Below, piece by piece: positions 34,118 through 42,398 of a stretch of 42,398 nt of DNA. The notes beneath the pieces were generated by a model. The model saw nothing but the letters and a program-made list of their open reading frames with translations, did not search any database and was not told the DNA's origin. The DNA comes from an uncultured Methanosarcinales archaeon (GTDB lineage: Archaea; Nanobdellota; Nanobdellia; Woesearchaeales; SM23-78). Numbering within the stretch: position 1 is the stretch's first letter; every line of letters starts with the position of its first letter. The DNA is taken from positions 1,839-44,236 of the forward strand of contig CAYOJS010000001.1 of assembly GCA_964404345.1 (NCBI GenBank). The letters run 5' to 3'. The position numbers and the translations under genes are program-made.

Positions 34118-36748
34118 TTAATGTATCGTTCTTCTTCCTTCTTTGAGGCTGATCTTGGCCAATACCATGTCGTGCATCCGTTGTAAAAAGACGTGTTTGT
34201 CTTCCATTTTCATAATGTCCGAATAGCCTAAGGCAACAATGTTGAAGGCAAAGGGACTTGGTAAGTCCGTATGGATTTCGTGGACTCGGATCGTCTCGTT
34301 TTCAATGCCTTGCAAGACTTCTTGTGCGTGCCTGATGTCCATGAGGTCTTCAAGGACTTCTCTTCGGGCTTCATTAAGTATGATGAAGCTTTCGCTGATG
34401 CGCCGCACAGCGCTAATCAAAAGTCGACTGCTCATTTGTTGTCTGCCGACGCTTTTCGTGCGCCCATAATAACTGCGAAGAATCATAAGGGCTCGGGCAG
34501 CGCAATGCCGAAATCTTCGGTTCAAAACCTCCGTCTTGTCAAGAGCATGCCGCATGAGTTTAGGGAGTTCAGCGCTTTTGATCAGCTCAAAGGCTCGAGA
34601 GGCTTGCAAGCCTTTGGCAGTCATGACATAGAATCCGTTGTCAGTAATGCCAATTTCAGCATCACGGTTTTGGATTTTTCCAATGACAAAGCCGACCGCT
34701 CGGCTCAGGACGTCATTCACGCGTCTCCCATAAAGAGTGTGAAAGATGAGGTATTTGCGGCTTTCTTCTGTGTAGTGTTCAATGACAATCTGGCTAGGGG
34801 TGCTTATTTGAGCATAATGGTATTGTTGGTAGAAGTATTCATAGATGCTGTTCGCGCTGTTCTGATCGACATAAAGGTAATTGTGGATGAATTGAATTGT
34901 TTCTTCTTTCGTGGAGCTTTCAAGGTGGTGTTTCATATGGTCTCTGAATTTGAGAATTTCCAGTGCAAGGTCATAGTTGAGCGGAAGCATCTCACTGTAC
35001 CAAGAAGGCACAGTCGGGGTTCGATTCACAGAAGCTTTAACATTGACGGTCATGCCTTGAGCGTATTGAAACTCGTACGTTTCACCGCCGAGGACAAAGA
35101 CATCTCCTCGCTTGAGGCGTTCGAGGAAGGGTTCAGAGATAAATCCGATGAGCTGCCCTCCCACTTTGACTTTGACATTCGTCTCGTCCGGAATGGTGCC
35201 CACATTCGTCATGAAAATGACTCGAGTCATTTTGCCGCGTTTGCCTAGCATTTTTGTCAAAGGATCGTACCAGATCTTGGCATATACATTTCGGTCTTCC
35301 AAGGCCGAAAAGTTACCAGCCAAGTACTGGATGATTTCATCGTAGTCTTTACGAGAGAGTTTTCGATAATTGTAGCTGTGTTTGATCAATTTGTACAGTT
35401 CATCCACATGAACAGATTCTTCAAGGGCAAAGCCCAGTACTTGCTGAGCGAGTACGTCCAGGCAATTTTCAGGGATATCAATGCGATCGATTTTCTTTTC
35501 CAAGGCAGCCTTAAGCAAGACAGCACATTCAACCAAGTCATCACGGTCCATGACAATAATGCGTCCTTTGGCTTCTTCGTGCAGTTTGTGTCCGCTTCTG
35601 CCAATTCGTTGCAGCGCTCTCGCCACTGATTTGGGGCTGCCGAGCAAGATAACCAAGTCAATGTAACCAATATCAATTCCGAGTTCAAGGCTTGTGCTGC
35701 AAACAACTGCGCGCAGTTTGCCTTCTTTGAGCCTATTTTCTAGATTAACGCGTGACTCTTTGCTGAGGCTTCCGTGGTGAGCGCCAATCATGCTCCCTTG
35801 CCCAGCTTCTTCATCCAGGTACTTGTAATGCTTGGGGAATTTTTCTTTGAGATGGTGCACGACTCGTTCCGTGGCTGAGCGTGTGTTGGTAAAAACAAGG
35901 GTCGTGCGATGTTTTTGGATTAAGTCGTCCATGAGTTCGTATGTGGCGTTGTGGATCGCCTGATGGCTGCTTTTAACAAGGTTTTCAACAGGGCTGAGCA
36001 CTTTAAGGTCTAGTTTTTTAAAGTACTGTACATCGACGATTTTGCAGGGGCGGTACCTTTCTTGGTCAGGGTCTTCAAGGCCTACCAGAAACCGAGCCAC
36101 CTCTTCCAGCGGCGCAACAGTGGCCGAAAGGCCAATACGGGTGAAGTTTGTCATCCGTTGAAGGCGTTCAAGACTGAGGGAGAGGTGAACACCTCGTTTG
36201 CTGCCAGCCAAGCTATGAATCTCATCAACAATCACCCATTGGGTGTCTCGCAGTTTCTCTCGGAATTTAGGGGCTGTGAGGATGATGGCAAGGCTTTCAG
36301 GAGTTGTGATTAGGATATGGGGGGGATGCTTGAGCATCTTGCTTTTCTCGGCTGGCGTGGTGTCCCCTGTCCTAACGGCAACTCGGATGCCTAATTTCTT
36401 TCCAGCCAATTCTTCCAATTCAGTAAGAGGGCCTTGAAGGTTGACTTCAATGTCTCGTGAGAGGGCTTTGAGGGGGCTGATGTAAAGGCAGTAGATCTTG
36501 TCTTCTAGATATCCAATGGTAGACAATCCAACTAATTCATTGAGGATAGCGCCAAAGGCACAGAGCGTTTTCCCAGAGCCTGTAGGGCTGCTAACAAGAG
36601 TATTGATGCGACTATGCACATTGTAAATCGCGTATTTTTGGGGGGGACTGAATTCCTTGAATGTCTTAAAGAACCACTGTTTGAAGAGCGGGTGGAGTAC
36701 ATTAATTGTGAGTTCATCAGGAGGGGGTTCTGGCATGAATTCAATCAT
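34118..36748 (-). CDS. lhr: Lhr-type ATP-dependent DEAD/DEAH-box helicase
   Basis: 'SSPTGSGKTL', 'VDEIHSL', 'SAT', 'QRIGRSGH' and a long DEAD_assoc-like C-terminal region. Start placed at MIEFMPE; the track start 36868 adds an implausible N-terminus. Confidence 0.9.
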   Translation of the reverse strand: MIEFMPEPPPDELTINVLHPLFKQWFFKTFKEFSPPQKYAIYNVHSRINTLVSSPTGSGKTLCAFGAILNELVGLSTIGYLEDKIYCLYISPLKALSRDIEVNLQGPLTELEELAGKKLGIRVAVRTGDTTPAEKSKMLKHPPHILITTPESLAIILTAPKFREKLRDTQWVIVDEIHSLAGSKRGVHLSLSLERLQRMTNFTRIGLSATVAPLEEVARFLVGLEDPDQERYRPCKIVDVQYFKKLDLKVLSPVENLVKSSHQAIHNATYELMDDLIQKHRTTLVFTNTRSATERVVHHLKEKFPKHYKYLDEEAGQGSMIGAHHGSLSKESRVNLENRLKEGKLRAVVCSTSLELGIDIGYIDLVILLGSPKSVARALQRIGRSGHKLHEEAKGRIIVMDRDDLVECAVLLKAALEKKIDRIDIPENCLDVLAQQVLGFALEESVHVDELYKLIKHSYNYRKLSRKDYDEIIQYLAGNFSALEDRNVYAKIWYDPLTKMLGKRGKMTRVIFMTNVGTIPDETNVKVKVGGQLIGFISEPFLERLKRGDVFVLGGETYEFQYAQGMTVNVKASVNRTPTVPSWYSEMLPLNYDLALEILKFRDHMKHHLESSTKEETIQFIHNYLYVDQNSANSIYEYFYQQYHYAQISTPSQIVIEHYTEESRKYLIFHTLYGRRVNDVLSRAVGFVIGKIQNRDAEIGITDNGFYVMTAKGLQASRAFELIKSAELPKLMRHALDKTEVLNRRFRHCAARALMILRSYYGRTKSVGRQQMSSRLLISAVRRISESFIILNEARREVLEDLMDIRHAQEVLQGIENETIRVHEIHTDLPSPFAFNIVALGYSDIMKMEDKHVFLQRMHDMVLAKISLKEGRRTIH

Positions 36749-36893
36749 AAGGGCACAAGCCGGACAGAGGCAGGGTTTAAGACGAAAACTTGGTTTAAAT
36801 ACTTTGTCGGTGGATGTCCAGTGGTTTCGAGGTAGGGGATTCGAACGCAAAGATTTATAAAACAACAAAGCTTAGGAGATCAAGAGGGATTGT

Positions 36894-37451
36894 ATGAAAA
36901 CATTCATCGTATGCGTTGCCTTGCTGTTCTTAGTGCAGAGTATGGCCTCTTGGGCCTCTGATGCTCCGATTAGTTTTTACGATCCTACAACCCGTCAGAA
37001 TCGTCCGATGTGGTGGATTCAGGAAACCTCTCCTTCCTTATTTTATTCGACAGCTCATCTCGAACAAATTTCAAATACTCCTTTATTTATAAAAACAAAC
37101 GAGGACCGGTTGGGTGGGATACAAAAGGTAATGAATCAACAAAAAGATGCGAGACATTCATTAGCAGCAACACGACGTTTGCAAGGCTTAAACTTGATTG
37201 AGAAAGGTGAAGAAGCCATCCTCCTCGGTGAGCAAGAAAGCAATGAACCTTCTTCAGGTGTAGTGGGAATGGTTGGCCAACGTTTCACGTGGAGTTCCGA
37301 TCGCGGAACCGTGAACAAATACCGACAACCAATAGGGTTAGTAGGTTTCTTGGCAAATGCCTTTTCAGAGTCAAAGGATGAGCGCCACCGAGTGCGTTCA
37401 ACGTATTATCTGAGTGAAGCTCAAAAAAAAGTTTCAGAAGAGGAGAGATGA
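36894..37451 (+). CDS. secreted hypothetical protein
   Basis: Signal peptide 'MKTFIVCVALLFLVQSMASWA'. TTTATAAA at 36854-36861 upstream. Confidence 0.5.
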   Translation: MKTFIVCVALLFLVQSMASWASDAPISFYDPTTRQNRPMWWIQETSPSLFYSTAHLEQISNTPLFIKTNEDRLGGIQKVMNQQKDARHSLAATRRLQGLNLIEKGEEAILLGEQESNEPSSGVVGMVGQRFTWSSDRGTVNKYRQPIGLVGFLANAFSESKDERHRVRSTYYLSEAQKKVSEEER

Positions 37452-38023
37452 AAATGAAATTAGCAATGGGATTTGTTTTATTCTTAATAGTAATGTCCAC
37501 TGTTTCAGCTTATTACATAAATCCTTATACGGGAAGCGCTGGGACAACGACTGTAGATCGAAGCTTGGGCACTCAAGGAGGTTTCAATCGCGTATTGGCA
37601 GGGCGTCAGGGTCTAGCTAAACAAATTGGTCAGGTATACAATCGTAGATCCATTCAAACCTATACGCCTTATTCTTCAAATGAATTGACTACCATTCGAA
37701 AATCGATAAAGCAAAATGAATATTTCATAGTGAAAAACGATTATAATCAATACCGTTCCGCTATTAGTTATGCAGATGAAACATTGAAGCAAAAATTAGC
37801 CAAGGCACTTGGGATCCGTGCTGTATATGATCCAGCGGCGGCAAAGAATGTGCTCATCACGAAGATGCCCACTCAAAAATTAATCGAGTTGTTGAACAAC
37901 CCGCGTTCACGGTCCGAGACCTTCCGCGGGAGTGATGTCGATGTAGATGCAGTACTGGAAAGCCTGGGGTTGGGTAAAGGAGCCTTTGTTCCTAAAAGTA
38001 GAGACGATAACATCCGATACTAA
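37448..38023 (+). CDS. secreted hypothetical protein
   Basis: Signal peptide 'MKMKLAMGFVLFLIVMSTVSA'. Overlaps the previous ORF by 4 nt. Confidence 0.5.
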   Translation: MKMKLAMGFVLFLIVMSTVSAYYINPYTGSAGTTTVDRSLGTQGGFNRVLAGRQGLAKQIGQVYNRRSIQTYTPYSSNELTTIRKSIKQNEYFIVKNDYNQYRSAISYADETLKQKLAKALGIRAVYDPAAAKNVLITKMPTQKLIELLNNPRSRSETFRGSDVDVDAVLESLGLGKGAFVPKSRDDNIRY

Positions 38024-38072
38024 AAGGAGATTAGACTTTATCTAAAACAAGCATTAAACCCGTATAGCAACA

Positions 38073-38080
38073 TTTATAAA
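38073..38080 (+). promoter_or_regulatory. TATA box (TTTATAAA)
   Basis: Centred about 26 nt upstream of ATG 38103. Confidence 0.6.
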
Positions 38081-38102
38081 CGTTGTTGGCCTCACATCCT
38101 GT

Positions 38103-39935
38103 ATGGCTGCCAAAGCCGATTCTAAACAAAAACCTGCTGAAAAAGCACCTCCTGTAGAGGATATAAAAGCCTTACAAGACCACCTACCGGAAGAGGCGAA
38201 GAAGAAACTAGACGAAATAAAAACGAAGCTGGAAGCCTTTAAAGAGAAAGCGTTAAAGAAGTTTGATGAATACATCATGGGGATCAGCCTTCTTCCACCC
38301 AGTAAGGATGAAAAGTTAAAGGACAAGATCAGCGTATTGATCTTAGTGGATGATTCAGATTCTCAGAAGATGTCTAAGCTTGAGTTACGCGATAAGTTGG
38401 TGGCGATTCTGCAAGGCATGGCAGACGAGATTGATAAAAGCCTATTCATTGAAGTCTTATTGCTAAGCGAGCTATGGCAGTCCTGTTACGACGCTAAGTA
38501 TGATTGGCTGCAGATGATTGCTTTATCCGCTCCTGTATATGATAAAGGGATGTTGGCTGCCGTAAAGATTTCAGAGATTCATAAAAATATGGTGCTGAAA
38601 AAGTTTGAGAAGTACATCGTCTCATACGTGTTAGCCGGTTCTCTAGTTCAGGGTCGAGCAACAAAGCAATCCGACATTGACGTTTTTATCGTGATTGATG
38701 ATACGGATGTTAAGAAAATGACCCGCGCTGAGTTAAAGGATAAGCTCCGGGCGATCATCATCGGAATGGGTTACGATGCGGGTAAGATGACAGGAATTGA
38801 AAACAAGTTGAACATTCAAGTGTACATCTTGACGGATTTCTGGGAGTACATCAAAGAAGCCAATCCGATTATTTTTACGTTCTTAAGAGATGGCATTCCT
38901 TTGTACGATCGAGGCATTTTCATGCCTTGGAAGCAATTATTGCGAATGGGCCGTATCAAGCCAAGCCCAGAATCCATCGACTTGTTCATGCAGTCAGGCG
39001 ATCAGACCTTGCAGCGGATTAAGTATAAAATCAAAGAGATGGGTTTAGAGGATACGTTCTGGGCAATCATTACCCCTAGTCAGGCCGCTTTGATGTTATA
39101 CGGCATTCCTCCTCCAACGCCCAAAGAGACGCCAGAGATCATGCGTGAAGTGTTTGTGAAGAAAACCAAGTTATTGGAGGATAAGTTCATTAAGATTTTA
39201 GAGCGTAACATTCAAGTGCGTAAAGACTTAGAGCATGGCACAAAGAAGGAGCTCTCCGCTACGGAGTTAGAAACCTTAATCAACGATGCTGACGAGTTTT
39301 TGAAGCGGTTGAAAAAGCTATTCACCCAAATTGAAGCGGTTAAAGAGGAAGAAGCCGTCTTGCATACCTATGAGAGCATTGTTACCTTGATTCGGGACAT
39401 CATGCGCTTGGAAGGAGTTGAAAAGGTTTCAGAAGGGGAATTAGTGACCATATTTGAAGAAGAAGCAGTAAGTAAGGGTTTGATCCCAGAGAAGTTTCTG
39501 CGTATCTTAAAAGACATCGTAAAAGCCAAGAAGGATTATGATGCAAAGAAATTGTCAAAGACAGATATAAGCATCGTTCAAAAAAAGTCGGCTGAACTGA
39601 TTCGTTTCCTTGTTGAGTACATCCAACGTAAACGAGGGAAAGAATTGGAAAGGGCTAAGATCCGAGTAAAGCATGGAAATAAATATGGAGAAGTGATGTT
39701 GTTGGATAAAAAAGCGTACATCATTCATGATATCGACAACGAACAGAAAGAAATCTCCTCGGCAGATATCACGGCAGAGGGTTCTTTAGCAAATATAAAG
39801 TCGAGCAGTTTGGAGGAAATGGAAAAAGACTTGGCTAAAATGGATATCCCCCAAAAGGCATTCATCAAGGAAATTTTATTTGAAAAGTTAAAAGATATTT
39901 TCGGGAAAGATGTGGAAGTTCTAATCAATTACTAA
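38103..39935 (+). CDS. nucleotidyltransferase-domain protein, 610 aa, with one intact and one degenerate Pol-beta-like NTase module
   Basis: 'GSLVQGRATKQSDIDVFIVIDDTDVKKMTRAELKDKL' is an intact G-S...D-x-D motif. An upstream paralogous block 'ISVLILVDDSDSQKMSKLELRDKL' lacks the G-S. Confidence 0.7.
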   Translation: MAAKADSKQKPAEKAPPVEDIKALQDHLPEEAKKKLDEIKTKLEAFKEKALKKFDEYIMGISLLPPSKDEKLKDKISVLILVDDSDSQKMSKLELRDKLVAILQGMADEIDKSLFIEVLLLSELWQSCYDAKYDWLQMIALSAPVYDKGMLAAVKISEIHKNMVLKKFEKYIVSYVLAGSLVQGRATKQSDIDVFIVIDDTDVKKMTRAELKDKLRAIIIGMGYDAGKMTGIENKLNIQVYILTDFWEYIKEANPIIFTFLRDGIPLYDRGIFMPWKQLLRMGRIKPSPESIDLFMQSGDQTLQRIKYKIKEMGLEDTFWAIITPSQAALMLYGIPPPTPKETPEIMREVFVKKTKLLEDKFIKILERNIQVRKDLEHGTKKELSATELETLINDADEFLKRLKKLFTQIEAVKEEEAVLHTYESIVTLIRDIMRLEGVEKVSEGELVTIFEEEAVSKGLIPEKFLRILKDIVKAKKDYDAKKLSKTDISIVQKKSAELIRFLVEYIQRKRGKELERAKIRVKHGNKYGEVMLLDKKAYIIHDIDNEQKEISSADITAEGSLANIKSSSLEEMEKDLAKMDIPQKAFIKEILFEKLKDIFGKDVEVLINY

Positions 39936-40015
39936 CAATAAAAAGTTTTTTAAAGCGTTCTGGTTTCCTCACTTCAGGGTGATCGATTGACTTTTTTCAA
40001 TAAAGGGGTGGGTGG

Positions 40016-40561
40016 ATGAAAACCGGATATAAAGTGCTAGACGCCATGACCACAAAGCCCATCGTGGCAGAAGAATTAATGAGCATCCAAGAGTGTGCTT
40101 GCCTGATGAAAAAGCACGGCATTGGCAGTTTGTTAATTAAAGTGAAGGGGAAGGTAAAATCACTTGTCACGGAAAGGGATATCATCCATAAAGCTATTGT
40201 AAAAGCATTGGATGTCCGAGATACCCCCATCAGAGAGATTGCAGATAAGATCCAAGTTACGATTTCTCCGAATAAAGACATTGTGGACGCTTTGAATGTC
40301 ATGCGGGAAAACGATATACGGCACTTACCGGTGATGGAAGGGGGTAAAATTACAGGGTTTATCACGATGAAAGACATCTTAAAGATTGAGCCCCAATTGT
40401 TTGAGTTGATCGTGGAAAAATGGGAATTAAGGGGGGATAAGCGCGAATCGATAACTCATGGATCAAAAGATGGAGTGTGTGAAAACTGTGGGGAATTTTC
40501 AGAAGGTCTCTCTGAAGTGGAAGGGAATCGCTTGTGTGGGGAATGTCAGCCTTCTCTTTAG
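40016..40561 (+). CDS. CBS-pair protein with C-terminal zinc ribbon
   Basis: Two CBS motifs ('MTTKPIV...HGIGSLLI', 'ISPNKDIVDAL...IRHLPVME') and 'CENCGE...CGEC'. Confidence 0.85.
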   Translation: MKTGYKVLDAMTTKPIVAEELMSIQECACLMKKHGIGSLLIKVKGKVKSLVTERDIIHKAIVKALDVRDTPIREIADKIQVTISPNKDIVDALNVMRENDIRHLPVMEGGKITGFITMKDILKIEPQLFELIVEKWELRGDKRESITHGSKDGVCENCGEFSEGLSEVEGNRLCGECQPSL

Positions 40562-40605
40562 CAGCAGTAGTAATATTTAAATAGGTGTTTTTTAACTCGG
40601 GTACT

Positions 40606-41334
40606 ATGAGCTCATTAAAGCCCGTTTCAAGCCCCGTTCCTAAGCACGTTGGAATCATTCTAGATGGTAACAGGCGCTTTGCAAAGCGCTTAATGATGAA
40701 ACCCTGGAAGGGTCACGAATGGGGCAAGGAAAAGGTGATTAAAGTCTTAGAATGGGCGAAAGAGCTCGGAATCGAAGAGATTACCTTTTATGCCTTTTCA
40801 ATGCAAAATTTCAATCGCCCAAAAGAAGAATTTGATTACCTGATGAAGATATTCAAGGAAATGTTACAGGAATTACTGGAAAAACTGGAAAAGAAAGACA
40901 AATCAGTTCAAGACATGATGGTGCGTTTCATTGGAAGAATCAAATTATTCCCTTCTGAAATCAAAGATAAAATGCTAGAGGTCATGGAAAAAACAGCTGG
41001 AAAGAAGAAGTACACCGTCAATTTTGCCATGGCTTATGGGGGCCGGGAAGAGGTGATGGATGCGGTTTTAAAGATTGCGGAGCAATTGAAAAAAGGTCTT
41101 TTGGATGTTTCTCAGATTAATGAAGAAGTTTTTTCAAAGAACTTGTACATGGCCGATGAGCCTGACATGATCATCCGTACTGGTGGAGAAAAGCGTACAT
41201 CTAACTTCTTGATTTGGCAGGGTAATTATGCTGAACTCATTTTCTTGGACAAAATGTGGCCGGAGATCGAAAAGACCGACTTGGTGGCGTGCATTGAAGA
41301 ATACAAGCAACGGGAAAGAAGGTTTGGTCGTTAA
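40606..41334 (+). CDS. uppS: undecaprenyl diphosphate synthase (cis-prenyltransferase)
   Basis: 'HVGIILDGNRRFA', 'TFYAFSMQNFNRP' and 'IRTGGEKRTSNFLIWQ'. Confidence 0.9.
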   Translation: MSSLKPVSSPVPKHVGIILDGNRRFAKRLMMKPWKGHEWGKEKVIKVLEWAKELGIEEITFYAFSMQNFNRPKEEFDYLMKIFKEMLQELLEKLEKKDKSVQDMMVRFIGRIKLFPSEIKDKMLEVMEKTAGKKKYTVNFAMAYGGREEVMDAVLKIAEQLKKGLLDVSQINEEVFSKNLYMADEPDMIIRTGGEKRTSNFLIWQGNYAELIFLDKMWPEIEKTDLVACIEEYKQRERRFGR

Positions 41335-41336
41335 AC

Positions 41337-41609
41337 TTATCGCGCGCGTTTAAAGCTGGTTAAGAATTCTTTGTTTTTTTCTTCCAATCGGTCCAGGGCT
41401 TTGTGGAGTACCTTTTCGGTTTCACCTTCTTTAGTTTCGAGGATGAGTCGGGGGTTTCCAATCAAGGGGTGATTGATGGCATACGTGCTGATTTTGACAT
41501 CTTTATCTTGCCAGAGTTCATTCTTGAGCAGATTACAGAACGTGTGGTCAGCGCCTTTAAGTTCAAACACCAATCGCTTTTTAGTGTGCTCAAGAATGTT
41601 GAGTTCCAT
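41337..41609 (-). CDS. rpoL: DNA-directed RNA polymerase subunit L (Rpo11)
   Basis: 'LVFELKGADHTFCNLLKNEL...YAINHPLIGNPRLILET'. Start taken at MELNIL; the track start is 41654. Confidence 0.85.
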   Translation of the reverse strand: MELNILEHTKKRLVFELKGADHTFCNLLKNELWQDKDVKISTYAINHPLIGNPRLILETKEGETEKVLHKALDRLEEKNKEFLTSFKRAR

Positions 41610-41650
41610 GTTTTTAGAGCGTTGGGGGGGATTTATATAGTTATCGGCCT

Positions 41651-42160
41651 TCATCCAAAGACTTTATCCCAGAGTGTCGTTTGATTGGTTCGGACGCGGG
41701 TGAGGAGTTCTCCTTTGAAGGTACGATCATTAAAGCTAAGAAGAGGGTCTTGGAAGGTGATGCGGAGATTGCCTTTGAGTTTATCTCCTTCTGCATAGGT
41801 GCCGTTGGGTGGTTTGCAAAAAAGCAGTTTGGGGGTGGAAACCGTATTGCCTAAGTCTCCAACCGATTGGGTTTCGTGACAGGGGGTCTTACTCTGATTG
41901 GTGGTTTCTACTTGGATACGGACTGCTTTGATGTCCATTCCGTAGAGGTTGAAGATTTCAAGTTCAAAGCCTTCCGGAACGAAGGCTTGTTTACATCCAA
42001 AGCCTTTGCTAAAGTTGCATTTATCAATGGAAAAAACATCTTCATCGTACAAGTAAAAATACCCCAAGGCAATAAGGCTGATGAAAAAGACACCAAAGAA
42101 AAGGATGAGGGTGAAGGAGTAATCTCCTTGTGCTTTAGTCATTTTTATAGCAAATTGCAT
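41651..42160 (-). CDS. membrane-anchored hypothetical protein
   Basis: A hydrophobic helix 'FTLILFFGVFFISLIALGYF' follows 'MQFAIKMTKAQGD'. The upstream 47 codons of the track ORF run through a hairpin array and are probably non-coding. Confidence 0.5.
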   Translation of the reverse strand: MQFAIKMTKAQGDYSFTLILFFGVFFISLIALGYFYLYDEDVFSIDKCNFSKGFGCKQAFVPEGFELEIFNLYGMDIKAVRIQVETTNQSKTPCHETQSVGDLGNTVSTPKLLFCKPPNGTYAEGDKLKGNLRITFQDPLLSFNDRTFKGELLTRVRTNQTTLWDKVFG

Positions 42161-42299
42161 TGATTTTAAAACTTTTCGCAATTTGCTATGCTCAGCAGCA
42201 AAGCTGCTGGCACACAGAACTCGAAGAGTTCTGGTGCGAGGATTTTTCAAATCCTCTGCATGCCAGAAACGATAGTTTTTGAGCATGCTAGCGAATCTC
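42150..42299. repeat. hairpin array related to 6421-6583
   Basis: GCAAATTGC/GCAATTTGC (42150-58 / 42178-86), CAGCAGC-AAA-GCTGCTG (42193-42209), CAGAACTC-GAA-GAGTTCTG (42215-42233), GAGGATTT-TTC-AAATCCTC (42238-42256), GCATGC...GCATGC (42258-63 / 42283-88), then AGCGAATCTC. Confidence 0.5.
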
Positions 42300-42310
42300 A
42301 CTATTTGTTG

Positions 42311-42348
42311 TATATTTTATGATGTTATATATTTTATGATGTTATATA
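42311..42348. repeat. perfect 17-nt tandem repeat (TATATTTTATGATGTTA x2, plus TATA)
   Basis: Copies at 42311-42327 and 42328-42344. Read on the minus strand, each unit carries a TATA-like element upstream of the 41651.. gene. Confidence 0.7.
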
Positions 42349-42398
42349 GAGAGGTTTGAATAACTCTTTTTTTTGTGTTTAGAATGTTTTTTGATTGG

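Noticed and set aside
34271-35248. 325-aa ORF on the plus strand.
   Set aside because: It lies entirely antisense within the well-supported Lhr helicase gene. Its composition is odd (rich in F, D, S, A and V), and it has no motifs, promoter or SD. It is an antisense-frame artefact.
1-42398. CRISPR arrays, rRNA genes, integrases or transposases, and toxin-antitoxin or restriction-modification defence operons.
   Set aside because: No spaced direct-repeat array, rRNA-like sequence or recombinase motif was seen on either strand. The only mobile-element-type protein is the LAGLIDADG enzyme.

Overview
This window is archaeal and reads like a small-genome, DPANN-like lineage, though that placement is an inference. 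The evidence is the gene set: thermosome, Alba, ribosomal proteins S6e and S17e, Cbf5, Pth2, Rpo11 and an Lhr helicase. TTTATATA-type TATA boxes are centred about 26 nt upstream of many start codons, which indicates leaderless mRNAs. Housekeeping genes (argS, gpmI, lysS, dus, uppS, ths) are mixed with many secreted or coiled-coil hypothetical proteins and two very large tandem surface glycoproteins.

The most unusual content is at the two tRNA loci:
- tRNA-Leu(UAA) can only be folded after removing three bulge-helix-bulge (BHB) introns, in the D-loop, at 37/38 and in the T-stem.
- tRNA-Arg(UCG) has a D-loop intron at the identical position plus a 37/38 intron.
- Each tRNA gene is followed by an orphan direct repeat of its own 3' end (T-loop to discriminator).
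- At tRNA-Leu the interval between the repeats is filled by a double-motif LAGLIDADG-HTH ORF, and no integrase is present.
- At tRNA-Arg the interval holds an ORF-less 170-nt hairpin array. Its signature hairpin recurs in a second hairpin array at 42150-42299.

Other points:
- An archaeal-type thymidylate synthase is interrupted by a single in-frame TAA just before its catalytic Cys.
- A DUF4013 membrane protein gene is frameshifted, possibly at a G6 homopolymer.
- A Hel308/Ski2-like helicase gene ends after its first RecA domain.
- lysS (class II), a retropepsin-like protease and a rimK-like ligase overlap one another and probably form one operon.
- No CRISPR array or rRNA gene was seen.

All family assignments come from motif recognition by eye; no searches were run.
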